Positions 23,251-34,920 of a stretch of DNA of 64,000 bases are shown here, in pieces (position 1 is the first letter of the stretch; each line of letters begins with the position of its first letter). The stretch is from Macrostomum lignano. Its lineage: Eukaryota. The stretch spans positions 62,001 to 126,000 of the forward strand of contig NIVC01001693.1 in NCBI GenBank assembly GCA_002269645.1, read 5' to 3'. The notes beneath the pieces are model-generated. The model was not told where the DNA came from, did not search any database, and saw nothing but the letters and a program-made list of their open reading frames with translations. A program made the translations under genes and the position numbers.

Positions 23251-23420
23251 GGATTGTAGCTTAGTGAAGGGTTGTAGCCGAAAGTCGGGGGTTCGATTCC
23301 CAACCAACTCGGAACAAATTGTGTCCTTGAGTAAGACACTTTACTCTGCATTGTTGTAAAATGGCTGCCAGCATTAGCTGGGGTAATTGAGGGTATGTGT
23401 GTGTGTGGCGACCCCCCCCA
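23251..23420 (+). mobile_element. tRNA-derived SINE (head plus core)
   Basis: A-box-like TAGCTTAGTGA (23257), B-box GGTTCGATTCC (23289), then GTGTCCTTGAGTAAGACACTT (23320), a core motif familiar from aquatic-animal SINE2 families. Ends near a (TG)n tract. Confidence 0.7.
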
Positions 23421-23471
23421 GTCCTTGGACTGAACAGCAGCCGTACGCAGCCTTCAGATGCGCCGCGCAAT

Positions 23472-24012
23472 AGCAGAATAGCTCAGTCATTAGCACAGGC
23501 ACTGAGGCAGAATAGCTCAGTCATTAGCACAGGCACTGAGGCAGAATAGCTCAGTCATTAGCACAGGCACTGAGGCAGAATAGCTCAGTCATTAGCACAG
23601 GCACTGAGGCAGAATAGCTCAGTCATTAGCACAGGCACTGAGGCAGGATAGCTCAGTCATTAGCACAGGCACTGAGGCAGGATAGCTCAGTCATTAGCAC
23701 AGGCACTGAGGCAGAATAGCTCAGTCATTAGCACAGGCACTGAGGCAGAATAGCTCAGTCATTAGCACAGGCACTGAGGCAGAATAGCTCAGTCATTAGC
23801 ACAGGCACTGAGGCAGAATAGCTCAGTCATTAGCACAGGCACTGAGGCAGGATAGCTCAGTCATTAGCACAGGCACTGAGGCAGGATAGCTCAGTCATTA
23901 GCACAGGCACTGAGGCAGGATAGCTCAGTCATTAGCACAGGCATTAAGGCAGGACAGCTCAGTCATTAGCACAGGCACTGAGGCAGGATAGCTCAGTCAT
24001 TAGCACAGGCAC
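23472..24012. repeat. 34-bp minisatellite (GCAGAATAGCTCAGTCATTAGCACAGGCACTGAG), ~16 copies
   Basis: Contiguous near-identical units with no spacers. Confidence 0.96.
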
Positions 24013-24065
24013 AGCCACCCCGCACACTCTCTGCCCCGCTGCAGCATCCTTCAACCCCGAGCCCG

Positions 24066-25742
24066 ATGGCGCACTCGCAGGATGCGTCGACCTGGTCCAA
24101 GCTGCTGTCGCTCACCTGGTCAGATGCGAATCGGTGGAACATGCAGCAGCCAACGCCAGCTAATATATTGGACTATTTTTGCGAACGTACAAATCCATTT
24201 TACGATCATCACTGCAATAATGAGCAGATTCGAATGCAGAGGCTTAATCCGGAGCATCTGCTCAGCATGCAAGGTGTTGAGTATGTGCTGCTCCGCTTTC
24301 AGGAGCCAATACTCTTTGTTATACGCAAGCAGTTTCGGAAATCACCTACTGAGGTAAAAGCTAGTGGATTGTAGAATTATGTAATGAATCATAGCAGCTA
24401 CTGCAGGAGGAAAAACCGAGATTCTAATATGAGTGTAGTGAAAATGAGGGTATAAGGAATGTGAAAGTGTAAATTAAGGGTGTAATGAAGGTATGGGTAT
24501 AGGGAATAGGTATGGGGAAGGTGAGGGTATAGGGAAGGTGAGGGTATAGGGAAGGTGAGGGTATAGGGAAGGTGAGGGTATAGGGAAGGTGAGGGTATAG
24601 GGAAGGTGAGGGTATAGGGAAGGTGAGGGTATAGGGAAGGTGAGGTATAGGGAAGGTGAGGGTATAGGGAAGGTGAGGGTATAGGGAAGGTGAGGGTATA
24701 GGGAAGGTGAGGGTATAGGGAAGGTGAGGGTATAGGGAAGGTGAGGGTATAGGGAAGGTGAGGGTATAGGGAAGGTGAGGGTATAGGGAAGGTGAGGGTA
24801 TAGGGAAGGTGAGGGTATAGGGAAGGTGAGGGTATAGGGAAGGTGAGGGTATAGGGAAGGTGAGGGTATAGGGAAGGTGAGGGTATAGGGAAGGTGAGGG
24901 TATTGGGAAGGTGAGGGTATAGGTATAGGGAAGGTGAGGGTATAGGAAAAATGAGGGTATTGGGAAAATGAGGGTACAGGGAAGGTGAGGGTGTAGGGAA
25001 AATGAGGCTACAGGGAAGGTGAGGGTGTAGGAAAAATGAGGGTACAGGGAAGGTGAGGGTATTGGGAAGGTGAGGGTACAGGCAAGGTGAGGGTACAGGC
25101 AAGGTGAGGGTACAGGTAAGGTGAGGGTACAGGCAAGGTGAGGGTACAGGGAAGGTGAGGGTACAGGCAAGGTGAGGGTACAGGCAAGGTGAGGGTACAG
25201 GCAAGGTGAGGGTACAGGGAAGGTAAGTGAGTAATTTCGATGAAGAAATGAAGGTTAAATGGTGCAAACAAAACCCGCAGGTGATACCGCAGTCTCTGTA
25301 CTACATCATCAACGGTGTAGTGCACGCTGCACCGGACCTTGGTTCCCTGTTCAACTCGCGCCTGTTAACAACAACATATCACTTGCAGTGCGCGTTCAAC
25401 TCCTTAAATAGCATTGTTAGGCACCATCCGGACACAGGCTACAGCTGGGCCACGCCTGGCAGCGGTCAGGGCGACTCTTCTGGTGCCGCTTCTGGCGCCT
25501 CAACAGCCGCCGCCACCGCTGCCGCTGCTTCTGGCAAAGCGACCGGAACTGGAGGCGGTATCAAGAAGGAGAGCAGCGTGTTTCAACGGCAACGAGTTGA
25601 CGCCCTGCTAAAGGAATGGTCGGCTTTGTTTCCTTCGCCGCATTTCCAACAGCAGCAGCAACCGCAACAGCAGAAGCAGCAACAGTCTCAGCAACAGAAT
25701 CAGCAGACGCACAGTGTTAATAAAAAAGCTCCTTCGGCTTAA
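24066..25742 (+). CDS. MED6: Mediator subunit 6. Exons 24066-24353 and 25281-25742 (249 aa)
   Basis: ILDYFCERTNPFYDHHCNNEQIRMQR...GVEYVLLRFQEPILFVIRKQ / VIPQSLYYIINGVVHAAPDLGSLFNSR...SVFQRQRVDALL. Phase-0 intron. AATAAA at 25776. Confidence 0.96.
24505..25225. repeat. 17-bp G-rich minisatellite (GGGTATAGGGAAGGTGA) in the MED6 intron
   Basis: Direct observation; TATAG grades to TACAG toward the 3' end. Confidence 0.96.
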
Positions 25743-26087
25743 TACATGCGCTGTTGTGGTTTCTTCAACTTTTATAATAAAACATCTAAAGCTGTAAATG
25801 TCTTTGTCTGTTAATAATCAAACTATTACTCTGAACTATAATGATGATAATGAAATCATATAATAATTATGATTTTTGTTTGTGTTGTTATTTTGTTATT
25901 TTCTATTAATTTAGTAACTTGGTAGCTATCTATTTAGGCAACAAACATTTTGGCCTTGTGCAGTCACTGTTGTTAGTGTCCTACTGAAAATGATGTTTAA
26001 AAGCAAAAAACACAGCCTAAGATAGCGGCATCCCCTGTGAGCTTTGGACTGTGACCAACTGACCCTTGGCATCTTTGCAGAAACAGA

Positions 26088-29000
26088 ATGCCGTCAATCA
26101 GTTTAGCAAAGAATCCAAGCGAAGCTGCATCGCATCTGTCTGGTTTGACTCATCAGCATCCGGTCAAGCCGCCTCATCATCACTCCGGATCTGGCGGCTA
26201 TCGCCTGCTAAGCGATTTAAGCGCGATAGACGGCGCCAAGAAGCAGTGGCACTCGGAGCCGCCGCCAGTTGTGGCCGCCGTTGCCTACCAGCCGCTTGCC
26301 GGAGTGCCAACTTATTCGGGCTGCGTCACATCCATACCCTGCGCTGTCCGGCTCAGGACTGTCGATTCCGGCTGCTGGGAGCATCTGTCTCAGCCGTCTC
26401 CATCTCAGGATGACGCGGCTTTGAACTCGTCCAGCTGCTCAGACTGGTGGTGGAAACTCGAACCGCTGCCCGGCTGCCGACAGTCCGTCTCCGCCAGCTC
26501 CCTGCTGTCCGCTGATGATGAAGAAATCAAATCGGATTCGGTCACGGCTGCGCTTGACGAACGGATCGAACAGCTGGTCAGGGCCAGGGCTAGCGGGCTG
26601 GCCGCTGACGAGCTGGCGCCCTACGCTGGAGCGGCTAAAACTATTCCTTCTGTTCCCGCCGCCGCTGCTCAGCCATTGACCTCTCAGCTGCCACTGTCTG
26701 GCGTCGGCTCGTCCAACCTCATGTCGATGCCGATGCATCTGGAAGGCGTAGAAGAAGAAGAGGAAGCTGAAGTCGAGGATGATGAAGACGACGAGGCGAT
26801 GCTGACTGCCGCTTATTCGACTAGGGCTAGACTGGTCAAGTCCCCTGACAATAAAACTAACAATAAGAGGAAATCTCAGTCTAGAAAGCCAGATATCGAT
26901 CGTGAATGGTGAGCTAATATATTTCGGGAGACGTGCTACTCACTTTTTGTACCGTTGCTTTCGGCTATGCTTTGCACCTTATGCCTGCGCGCTTCATTGC
27001 TGCGCTTCTACTTGTAACCTTATGCGCGCTTACTGTCTGCGCGCATCTACCTATGCGCGCTTACTGTCTGCGCGCTTATACCTATGCGCGCGCTTACTGT
27101 CTGCGCGCTTCTACCTATGCGCGCGCTTACTGTCTGCGCGCTTCTACCTATGCGCGCGCTTACTGTCTGCGCGCATCTACCTATGCGCGCGCTTACTGTC
27201 TGCGCGCTTACTGTCTGCGCGCTTCTACCTATGCGCGCGCTTACTGTCTGCGCGCTTCTACCTATGCGCGCGCTTACTGTCTGCGCGCTTCTACCTATGC
27301 GCGCGCTTACTGTCTGCGCGCTTACTGTCTGCGCGCTTACTGTCTGCGCGCTTCTACCTATGCGCGCGCTTACTGTCTGCGCGCTTCTACCTATGCGCGC
27401 TTACTGTCTGCGCGCCTTTACAAATAGCTACCATCTTGTTTAACTGCACGCTTTTTTAAATTGCAAGCTACTGCCTACGCGCATTCGCCCTCATGCGCAC
27501 TGTGTCAGTTCAGCATAGATGCTGGAATATTCGAACCAGCCAATTCTCCCCGTCTCCCTCTCCCAGCCCGCCGGGCATCGCCATGGCGGCCTATCCGCAG
27601 CCCATCGGCTACGCTGCCGATGTCGCCGGCGTCCGCCTCCTGCCGGTGCGCCTGCCGGCGCCTGACGAGGCTCGCCGGCGTCACCTACTGGCCGAGCGCT
27701 CGGCCGCTGTCGCCGTAGCCACCGCGGACGCCTCGGCCGCCGACTTGGCCGCCGGACTGTCGGCCGCCAGTGGCCGGCCGCGCGAACTCGTGCCCTACGC
27801 CGGCTGGACTCTGCGCGAAGTTCAACTGGCCGAGTCCGTGGCCGACGCCAATGCAAACGACAATGACGATGACGATTATGATGACGATGAGGCGCCGCGC
27901 GCGCACCCGGAGCCGGAGCGCTACCAGCCGTTGACGCAGCTGACGCCGTACGCTGGCGGCGAGAAAATCTTGCCTGGCATCGCCTATTCGCCTTTTCTGG
28001 TGCGTCAGCAGATGCGGACGCCTCGGTGGCAGCGGCGGAGGCGACGGCTGAGCATTGTAGAGCGGCCGCTGAGCGATTGTCGCGTTGACGAGGTACCATT
28101 TACCATCCTGCAAAATGATCCCCAATCCTTATCCAGCAACTGATCCCCAATCCCCATCCTGCAACTGATCCCCAATCCCCATCCTGCAACTGATCCCCAA
28201 TCCCCATCCTGCAACTGATCCCCAATCCTTATCCAGAAACTGATCCCCAATCCTTATCCAGAAACTGATCCCCAATCCTTATCCTGCAACTGATCCCCAA
28301 TCCCCATCCTTCAACTGATCCCCAATCCTTATCCTGCAACTGATCCCCAATCCTTATCCAGCAACTGATCCCCAATCCTTATCCAGCAACTGATCCCCAA
28401 TCCCCATCCTGCAACTGATCCCCAATCCTTATCCAGCAACTGATCCCCAATCCCCATCCTTCAACTGATCCCCAATCCTTATCCTGCAACTGATCCCCGT
28501 CCCCATCCTGCAACTGATCCCCAATCCCCATCCTGCAACTGATCCCCAATCCCCATCCTGCAACTGATCCCCAATCCCCATCCTGCAACTGATCCCCAAT
28601 CCCCATCCTGCAACTGATCCCCGTCCCCATTCTGCAACTGATCCCCGTCCCCATTCTGCAACTGATCCCCAATCCCCATCCTGCAACTGATCCCCAATCC
28701 CCATCCTGCAACTGATCCCCGTCCCCATTCTGCAACTGATCCCCGTCCCCATTCTGCAACTGATCCCCAATCCCCATCCTGCAACTGATCCCCAATCCCC
28801 ATCCTGCAACTGATCCCCAATCCCCATCCTGCAACTGATCCCCGTCCCCATTCTGCAACTGATCCCCGTCCCGATCCTGCAACTGATCCCCAATCCTTAT
28901 CCTGCAACTGATCCCCAATCCCCATCCTGCAACTGATCCCCGTCCCGATCCTGCAACTGATCCCCAATCCTTATCCTGCAACTGATCCCCAATCCCCATC

Positions 29001-29598
29001 CTGCAACTGATCCCCGTCCCCATTCTGCAACTGATCCCCAATTCTCCCACTGCAGGCGGTCCTACTGAATCAGCGAATCTTCATGCTGCTGCCGGACTTG
29101 CTGTTCGACGACCTGAAAGACCTGCTGCCCACCGTGATCACTGTTGATAGCCCTGACGGTCGGGCTCCGCTGCCGCCCAGTCTCTCAGCTTCCTCGTCAA
29201 GCGCACCGAAACCGGTTACCATGGCAACGCTGGCCCGGCATAGGTCGGCCAGGCCGCCGCTATGCGACACGGTGCGCCAGAACGGCATGGAGCTGGCTTT
29301 GCTGCGCATTGGGGACGCGGCCTTCGCCTGCGACCTTCGCTGTCCCCACGCCGGCGGGCCGATGAACTTTGGCCAGCTGGTTAACGACTACAATGGCGAC
29401 TGTCTGCTGCGCTGTCCGTGGCACGGCTATACGTTTAATCTGTTTGCCAATGGCGAGATTCACTCGCCCAGTTCTCGCACCGACTTGCGTCTGCGAATGT
29501 ACCCGGTGGAACGGGACCAGCTGGGCCGCCTGTACATCGGCTACGATCAGCTTAGCAAGCTGTGGTTTTCTTATACTCCGGCTGAAGAATTGTTTTAA
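26088..29598 (+). CDS. Rieske [2Fe-2S] protein (RFESD-like C-terminus) with a long N-terminal extension. Exons 26088-26908, 27567-28092, 29056-29598 (629 aa)
   Basis: Rieske boxes DLRCPHAGGP (29341) and RCPWHGY (29413) match the RFESD pattern. Donors TG|GTGAGC and GAG|GTACC and acceptors TCTCCCAG and CCACTGCAG join all three ORFs in frame. Alternative model: exon 1 is a separate gene ending at TGA 26912 and the Rieske gene starts at ATG 27583. Confidence 0.72.
27020..27417. repeat. Composite 15/16-bp GCGCGC-containing minisatellite (intronic)
   Basis: GCGCGCTTACTGTCT and GCGCGCTTCTACCTAT units. Confidence 0.95.
28128..29040. repeat. 25-bp minisatellite (ATCCCCAATCCCCATCCTGCAACTG), intronic
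   Basis: Direct observation; runs to within ~15 nt of the acceptor at 29055. Confidence 0.96.
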
Positions 29599-29691
29599 AA
29601 CTGCGGCCTCCTTGGCGCTTTGTTTGTGTCCTTTGTCAAATGGGAACTTTTATAGCATTCCCCAGGACTCTTGCTTCTGCGTCACCGTTAG

Positions 29692-30440
29692 ATGACACCT
29701 CCAGCTTCATCTCTGGATGATGGTCCTCCAGCTTTATCTCTGGATGATGGTTCTCCAGCTTCATCTCTGGATGATGATCCTCCAGCTTCATCTCTGGATA
29801 ATGGCTCTCCAGCTTCATCTCTGGATAATGGCTCTCCAGCTTCATCTCTTGATGATGATTCCCCAGCTTCATCTCTTGATGATGATTCCCCAGCTTCATC
29901 CCTGGATAATTATATCCTCCAGCTTCATCTCTGGATGATGGTCCTCCAGCTTCATCTCTGGATGATGGTCCTACAGCTTCATCTCTGGATGATGGTCCTC
30001 CAGCTTCATCTCTAGATGATGGTTCTCCAGCTTCATCTCTTGATGATGATTCTGGAGCTTCATCTCTGGATGATGATTCTGGAGCTTCATCTCTGGATGA
30101 TGATCCTCCAGCTTCATCTCTGGATAATGAATGGCTCTCCAGCTTCATCTCTGCAGATAGTGGCTCTCCAGCTTCATCTCTGGATAATGGCTCTCCAGCT
30201 TCATCCCTGGATAATTATCCTCCGGCTTCATCTTTGATGATGGTCCTACAGCTTCATCTCTGGATGATTATTCTCCAGCTTCATCTCTAGAATATGATTC
30301 TCAGGTTCATCTCTGGACGATGATTCTCCAGCTTCATCTCTGGGTGATGGTTCTCCAGCTTTATCTCTGGATGATGGTTCTCCAGCTTCATCTCTGGATG
30401 ATGATTCTCAAGCTTCATCTCTGGATGATGATCCTCCAGC
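29692..30440. repeat. 27-bp minisatellite (CTCCAGCTTCATCTCTGGATGATGGTT-like) downstream of the Rieske gene
   Basis: Direct observation. Confidence 0.95.
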
Positions 30441-31225
30441 ATTACGCTTAATTTGCCAAATATTTTAACAGTTTATAGCATTATACTTTGCTTTTTGTGT
30501 GCATTTCTATTTCAAAATCTTTATTAGCCTGCGAAAGCTTCAAAAAAGTAACTTAGCATTTTTATGTATATTCTTTGTCGCCTACTGTAGTCTATTGTTT
30601 ACATTAAATTTGCTTTTTGTCATTCAAAACATTGGTGCAATTTTTACAATTATCTCAATATATTTGAGTCATTTTCCTACTTTAAGTAGTTAATAAAGTT
30701 GCCGATTTGTTTGTTAGTTTGTAATATTCTTTGTTACATTAAAAGAACTTGCCTATTCGCTGTTTGAAATTGTTTCTATACATGTCGGTTTAGCCGACAT
30801 CTCTAGTTTATTATTAGCAATTTTCATGATCTCATATTTTATTTCTGACATTTCTCGTCCTACTAACTACTTAAATTGCGTATCAAGTAGGAAATTACGA
30901 GTGGCCTTGTCATAAAAAGAATTAATTCATTATTTTCATTGCAATATTTGTAGTGAAATATTTGTAATCTGCAATAATCAAGTGGCATTTTTAACCACCC
31001 TGCGCTGTTTTCTATACATTACTTTGCGTTTATTTTTATCTCATTTTTCTATCGATGCAGCCATTTCTGCCAAAGTAAAAAGTCTGATAGGTTTGCTAAT
31101 AGGCTAAAAAATTAATTTTACTATGCCAACATTGCCTTTCATTTCAGCCTCAGTTTGAACTAATCCAAGTAGTTAATCGAGGACAAAGATTCGATTCAGA
31201 CACCCGCATTTAACTTTTATCGGCC

Positions 31226-34200
31226 ATGTTCGGCGGCACTTCTAGCGGCTCCGCCTTCAACTTCGGCGCCAGCGCGGCGCCTGCCGCTGCTACAACATCT
31301 GCGTTCAGCTTCCCAACCGCTGCCACCACGGCCACATCCGGTTTTGGATTTTCCGCACCTGCCGCCACGACTGCCACTTCCGGTTTCGGATTTGCCGCTC
31401 CGGCCGCCTCTACGGCCACTTCCGGTTTCGGATTTGCCGCTCCGGCCGCCTCTACGGCCCCTTCCGGTTTCGGATTTGCCGCTCCGGCCGCCTCTACGGC
31501 CACTTCCGGTTTCGGATTTGCCGCACCGTCCGCCTCTACGGCCACTTCCGGTTTCGGATTTGCCGCACCGTCCGCCTCTACGGCCACTTCCGGTTTTGGA
31601 TTTGCCGCACCGTCCGCCTCTACGGCCACTTCCGGTTTCGGATTTGCCGCACCGGCCGCCTCTACGGCCACTTCCGGTTTCGGATTTGCCGCACCGGCCG
31701 CCTCTGCTGCCACTTCCGGTTTCGCGTTCCCCGCTCCGGCGGGCGGCGCCGCAACTTCGGCACCATTTGGATTTGGCAAACCGGCCGGCGCCGCCGTCTC
31801 TTCCGCCGCCTCATTTGGCGCCGGATTTGGCGCGGCCGGTAAGCTCACGCTTGGCGCCTTTGGCCAGACTGCCGGAGTTGCTACGTCGGCTGCGGCCTCC
31901 GCCGCGAGCAGCGTGGCTTTCTTTGCTAGTCTGACTCAGCCGGCGCTGTTTCCTGACGAGCGGGACTCCGTGCTGGCCCGGTGGAATCAACTGCAGGTGT
32001 GATTTATCTGCGCTACCGGAAGTTGATGTACAATTCTGACCAACTGTCTTGACGAACCCTTTGACCGGAAGCTAATTTCCAGCTCATCTTAATAACCTGA
32101 AGCTGTATTAACAAGCTTCCCAATAACCGGAAGCTAGATTGACAGACATCCCAATGACCGGAAGCTAGATTGACAGACATTCCAATAACCGGAAGCTAGA
32201 TTTACAAGGATCCCAATGACCAGAAGCTAGATTGACAGACATCCCAATGACCGGAAGCTAGATTGACATACATCCCAATGATTGGAAGCTAGATTGACAG
32301 ATATCCCAATAACCGGAAGCTAGATTTACAAGGATCCCAATGACCGAAAGCTACATTTAAAAGAATCCGGAAGCTAGATTGACAGACATCCCAATGACCG
32401 GAAGCTAGATTGACAGATATCCCAATAACCGGAAGCTAGTTTACAAGGATCCCAATGACCGGAAGCTACATTTAAAAGCATCCCAATAACCGGAAGCTAG
32501 ATTGACAGACATCCCAATGACCGGAAGCTAGATTGACAAGCATCCCAATGACCGGAAGCTAGATTGACAGATATCCCAATAACCGGAAGCTAGATTTACA
32601 AGGATCCCAATGACCGGAAGCTACATTTAAAAGAATCCCAATAGCCGGAAGCTAGATTGACAGACATCCCAATGACCGGAAGCTAGATTTACAAGGATCC
32701 CAATGACCGGAAGCTAGATTTACAAGGATCCCAATGACCGGAAGCTAGATTGGCAAGCATCCCAATGACCGGAAGCTAGATTGACAAGCATTCCAATGAC
32801 CGGAAGCTATGTTGCCAAACATCCCAATGACCGGAAGCTATGTTGCCAAACATCCCAATGACCGGAAGCTATGTTGCCAAACATCCCAATGACCGGAAGC
32901 TATGTTGCCAAACATCCCAATGACCGGAAGCTATGTTGCCAAACATCCCAATGACCGGAAGCTAGATTGGCAAGCCATTCGCATAAAATTAACAACCAAA
33001 ATGTGTAAAATCCCCACTACAGGAAGTTGTCCCCATACTCGCACCCTCCGCAGGCGCAGTGGGGCGCCGGCAAAGGTTTTTGCTCGCAGGGCCCCGTGGA
33101 GTACCAGCCGGGAAACCCGTTCTGCCGGCTGAAATCCGTCTGCTACAACGCCCTGCCAGCCGCCAAAGATGAGGACGGCCTGGTCGGCCTGACGGTGACC
33201 AAAGCGGCCACCGAGATTGCCGAGACCGGCGTCAAGGACGCGCTATTTCGGTTGCTAGGCAACAAGCCCAATTTGACGCCGCATATTGAAGAGATTCGAG
33301 CGCTGGGCGAGAAGCTCTGCCAGTTGGTGGTGTACATTCGCGAGCAGCTGCCGACTGGCGGCGCCAGGCGGATTCTCAGCACCGAGCTGGCTGCCTATCT
33401 GTCCCAGCCAATGAACAAACAGCAGCTGTCTACTCAACTGCAGGTCACCGCTGTGCAGGCTCTGGTAAGCGACTCTGATGCTTTTCTAATAATAACAATG
33501 TTTACAGCTTAAGGATCGGCCAATAATCTGCTTCAAATCGCCCAAAACTTATCCCAACCCGCCTCTGACAATCGCTTCAAACCCCTGACAATCGCATTCA
33601 AACCCCTGACAATCGCTTCAAACCCCTGACAATCGCTTCAAACCCCTGACAATCGCTTCAAACCCCTGACAATCGCTTCAAACCCCTGACAATCGCTTCA
33701 AACCCCTGACAATCGCTTCAAACCCCTGACAATCGCTTCAAACCCCTGACAATCGCATTCAAACCCCTGACAATCGCTTTAAACTCCTGACAATCGCTTC
33801 AAACTCCTGACAATCGCATTCAAACCCCTGACAATCGCTTCAAACCCCTGACAATCGCTTCAAACCCCTGACAATCGCTTCAAACCCCTGACAATCGCAT
33901 TCAAACCCCTGACAATCGCTTCAAACCCCTGACAATCGCTTCAAACCCGCCCATGACAATCGCTTTAAACACGCCCCTGACAATCGCATTCAAACCCCTG
34001 ACAATCACATTCAAACCCCTGACAATCGCTTCAAACCCCTGACAATCGCTTCAAACCCCTGACAATCACATTCAAACCCCTGACAATCGCATTCAAACCC
34101 CTGACAATCGCATTCAAACCCCTGACAATCGCATTCAAACCTCCAAGAGTCGCTTCATGCCCGCCTTTGACAGCGCCTGTCCCTAACCTAAGCCTAAGCC

Positions 34201-34885
34201 TAACCCGCCCCCATCGCTGCAGACGCGGCCCAGCCGGGACCAGCTGACGCAGTACCTGGACCGTCCAGCGGCCGGCGTACCGCTGATGGTGTGGCAGCAG
34301 GCCAGGCGCGAGAACCCCGACCCGGAGTCGCTCCTGCCGGTGCCTCTGGTCGGCCTGGAGCAGGCGCAGGCCCGAATGTCCGCACAGCGAGCCCAGTGCC
34401 AGGCCCAGCAACGGTTGCTAGGGACGCTGGCAGCCCGTTGCGAACGGCTGCGGGTTGAACAGGCGGCCTCGTCCGCTCGCCTGGACGCGGCCAAGCGCCG
34501 CCAGCTGGAGCTCGGCCGCCGGGCCGTCCGCCTGCTGTGCCGCCAGGAGTCGGCCAGGCGGCCGGGCCAGACTCTGCTGCCCAGGGAGGAGCAGCTCCGG
34601 TCCGCTGTTGAGCAACTGCTCACCCAGCTGCCCACTGGCCGGCTGCGCGAGCTCGCCAGCCAGGTGAAACTCGGCGTCCGCCCGGCCGATCGGGACTCCG
34701 CCGGCGGCGGCTCGGCGCCTGTTGCCGTCTCCGCCTCGTCGTCAGGCGGCCTGCTATTGGATGCCCCCAGTCTCGATGCCGTGATGACTCACCTGGCTGG
34801 GCAGCATCGCTCCGTTGGCGAGCTGGTCCGCCTGACCAACGTTCTGGCTCGCGATCTGGACACTGTGCAGGCCGGACTTGGTTGA
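31226..34885 (+). CDS. NUP54: Nucleoporin Nup54. Exons 31226-31996, 33054-33464, 34223-34885 (614 aa)
   Basis: N-terminal FG repeats, then DERDSVLARWNQLQ / AQWGAGKG...NPFCRLKSVCYNALPAAKDEDGLV... / ...PAAGVPLMVWQQARRENPDPESLLPVPLVG...EEQLR...GRLRELASQV. Both introns phase 0 GT-AG. Confidence 0.95.
32112..32975. repeat. 31-bp minisatellite (CCGGAAGCTAGATTGACAGACATCCCAATGA) in NUP54 intron 1
   Basis: Direct observation. Confidence 0.95.
33565..34141. repeat. 20/21-bp minisatellite (AAACCCCTGACAATCGCTTC) in NUP54 intron 2
   Basis: Direct observation. Confidence 0.96.
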
Positions 34886-34920
34886 CTGAAGCATCTCTTC
34901 ACCAATCTCTCACTTACCGT

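Noticed and set aside
23472-24012. CRISPR-like array (34-bp direct repeats); the same idea for the 28-32-bp arrays
   Set aside because: Units are contiguous with no unique spacers, there are no cas genes, and the context is eukaryotic.
29056-29598. Bacterial horizontal transfer of a Rieske ferredoxin
   Set aside because: The spacing and residues around both boxes fit animal RFESD, and the gene has spliceosomal introns.
34183-34206. Telomere-like CCCTAACCTAAGCCTAAGCCTAACCC
   Set aside because: Too short and irregular; it sits at the branch-point position of the NUP54 acceptor.
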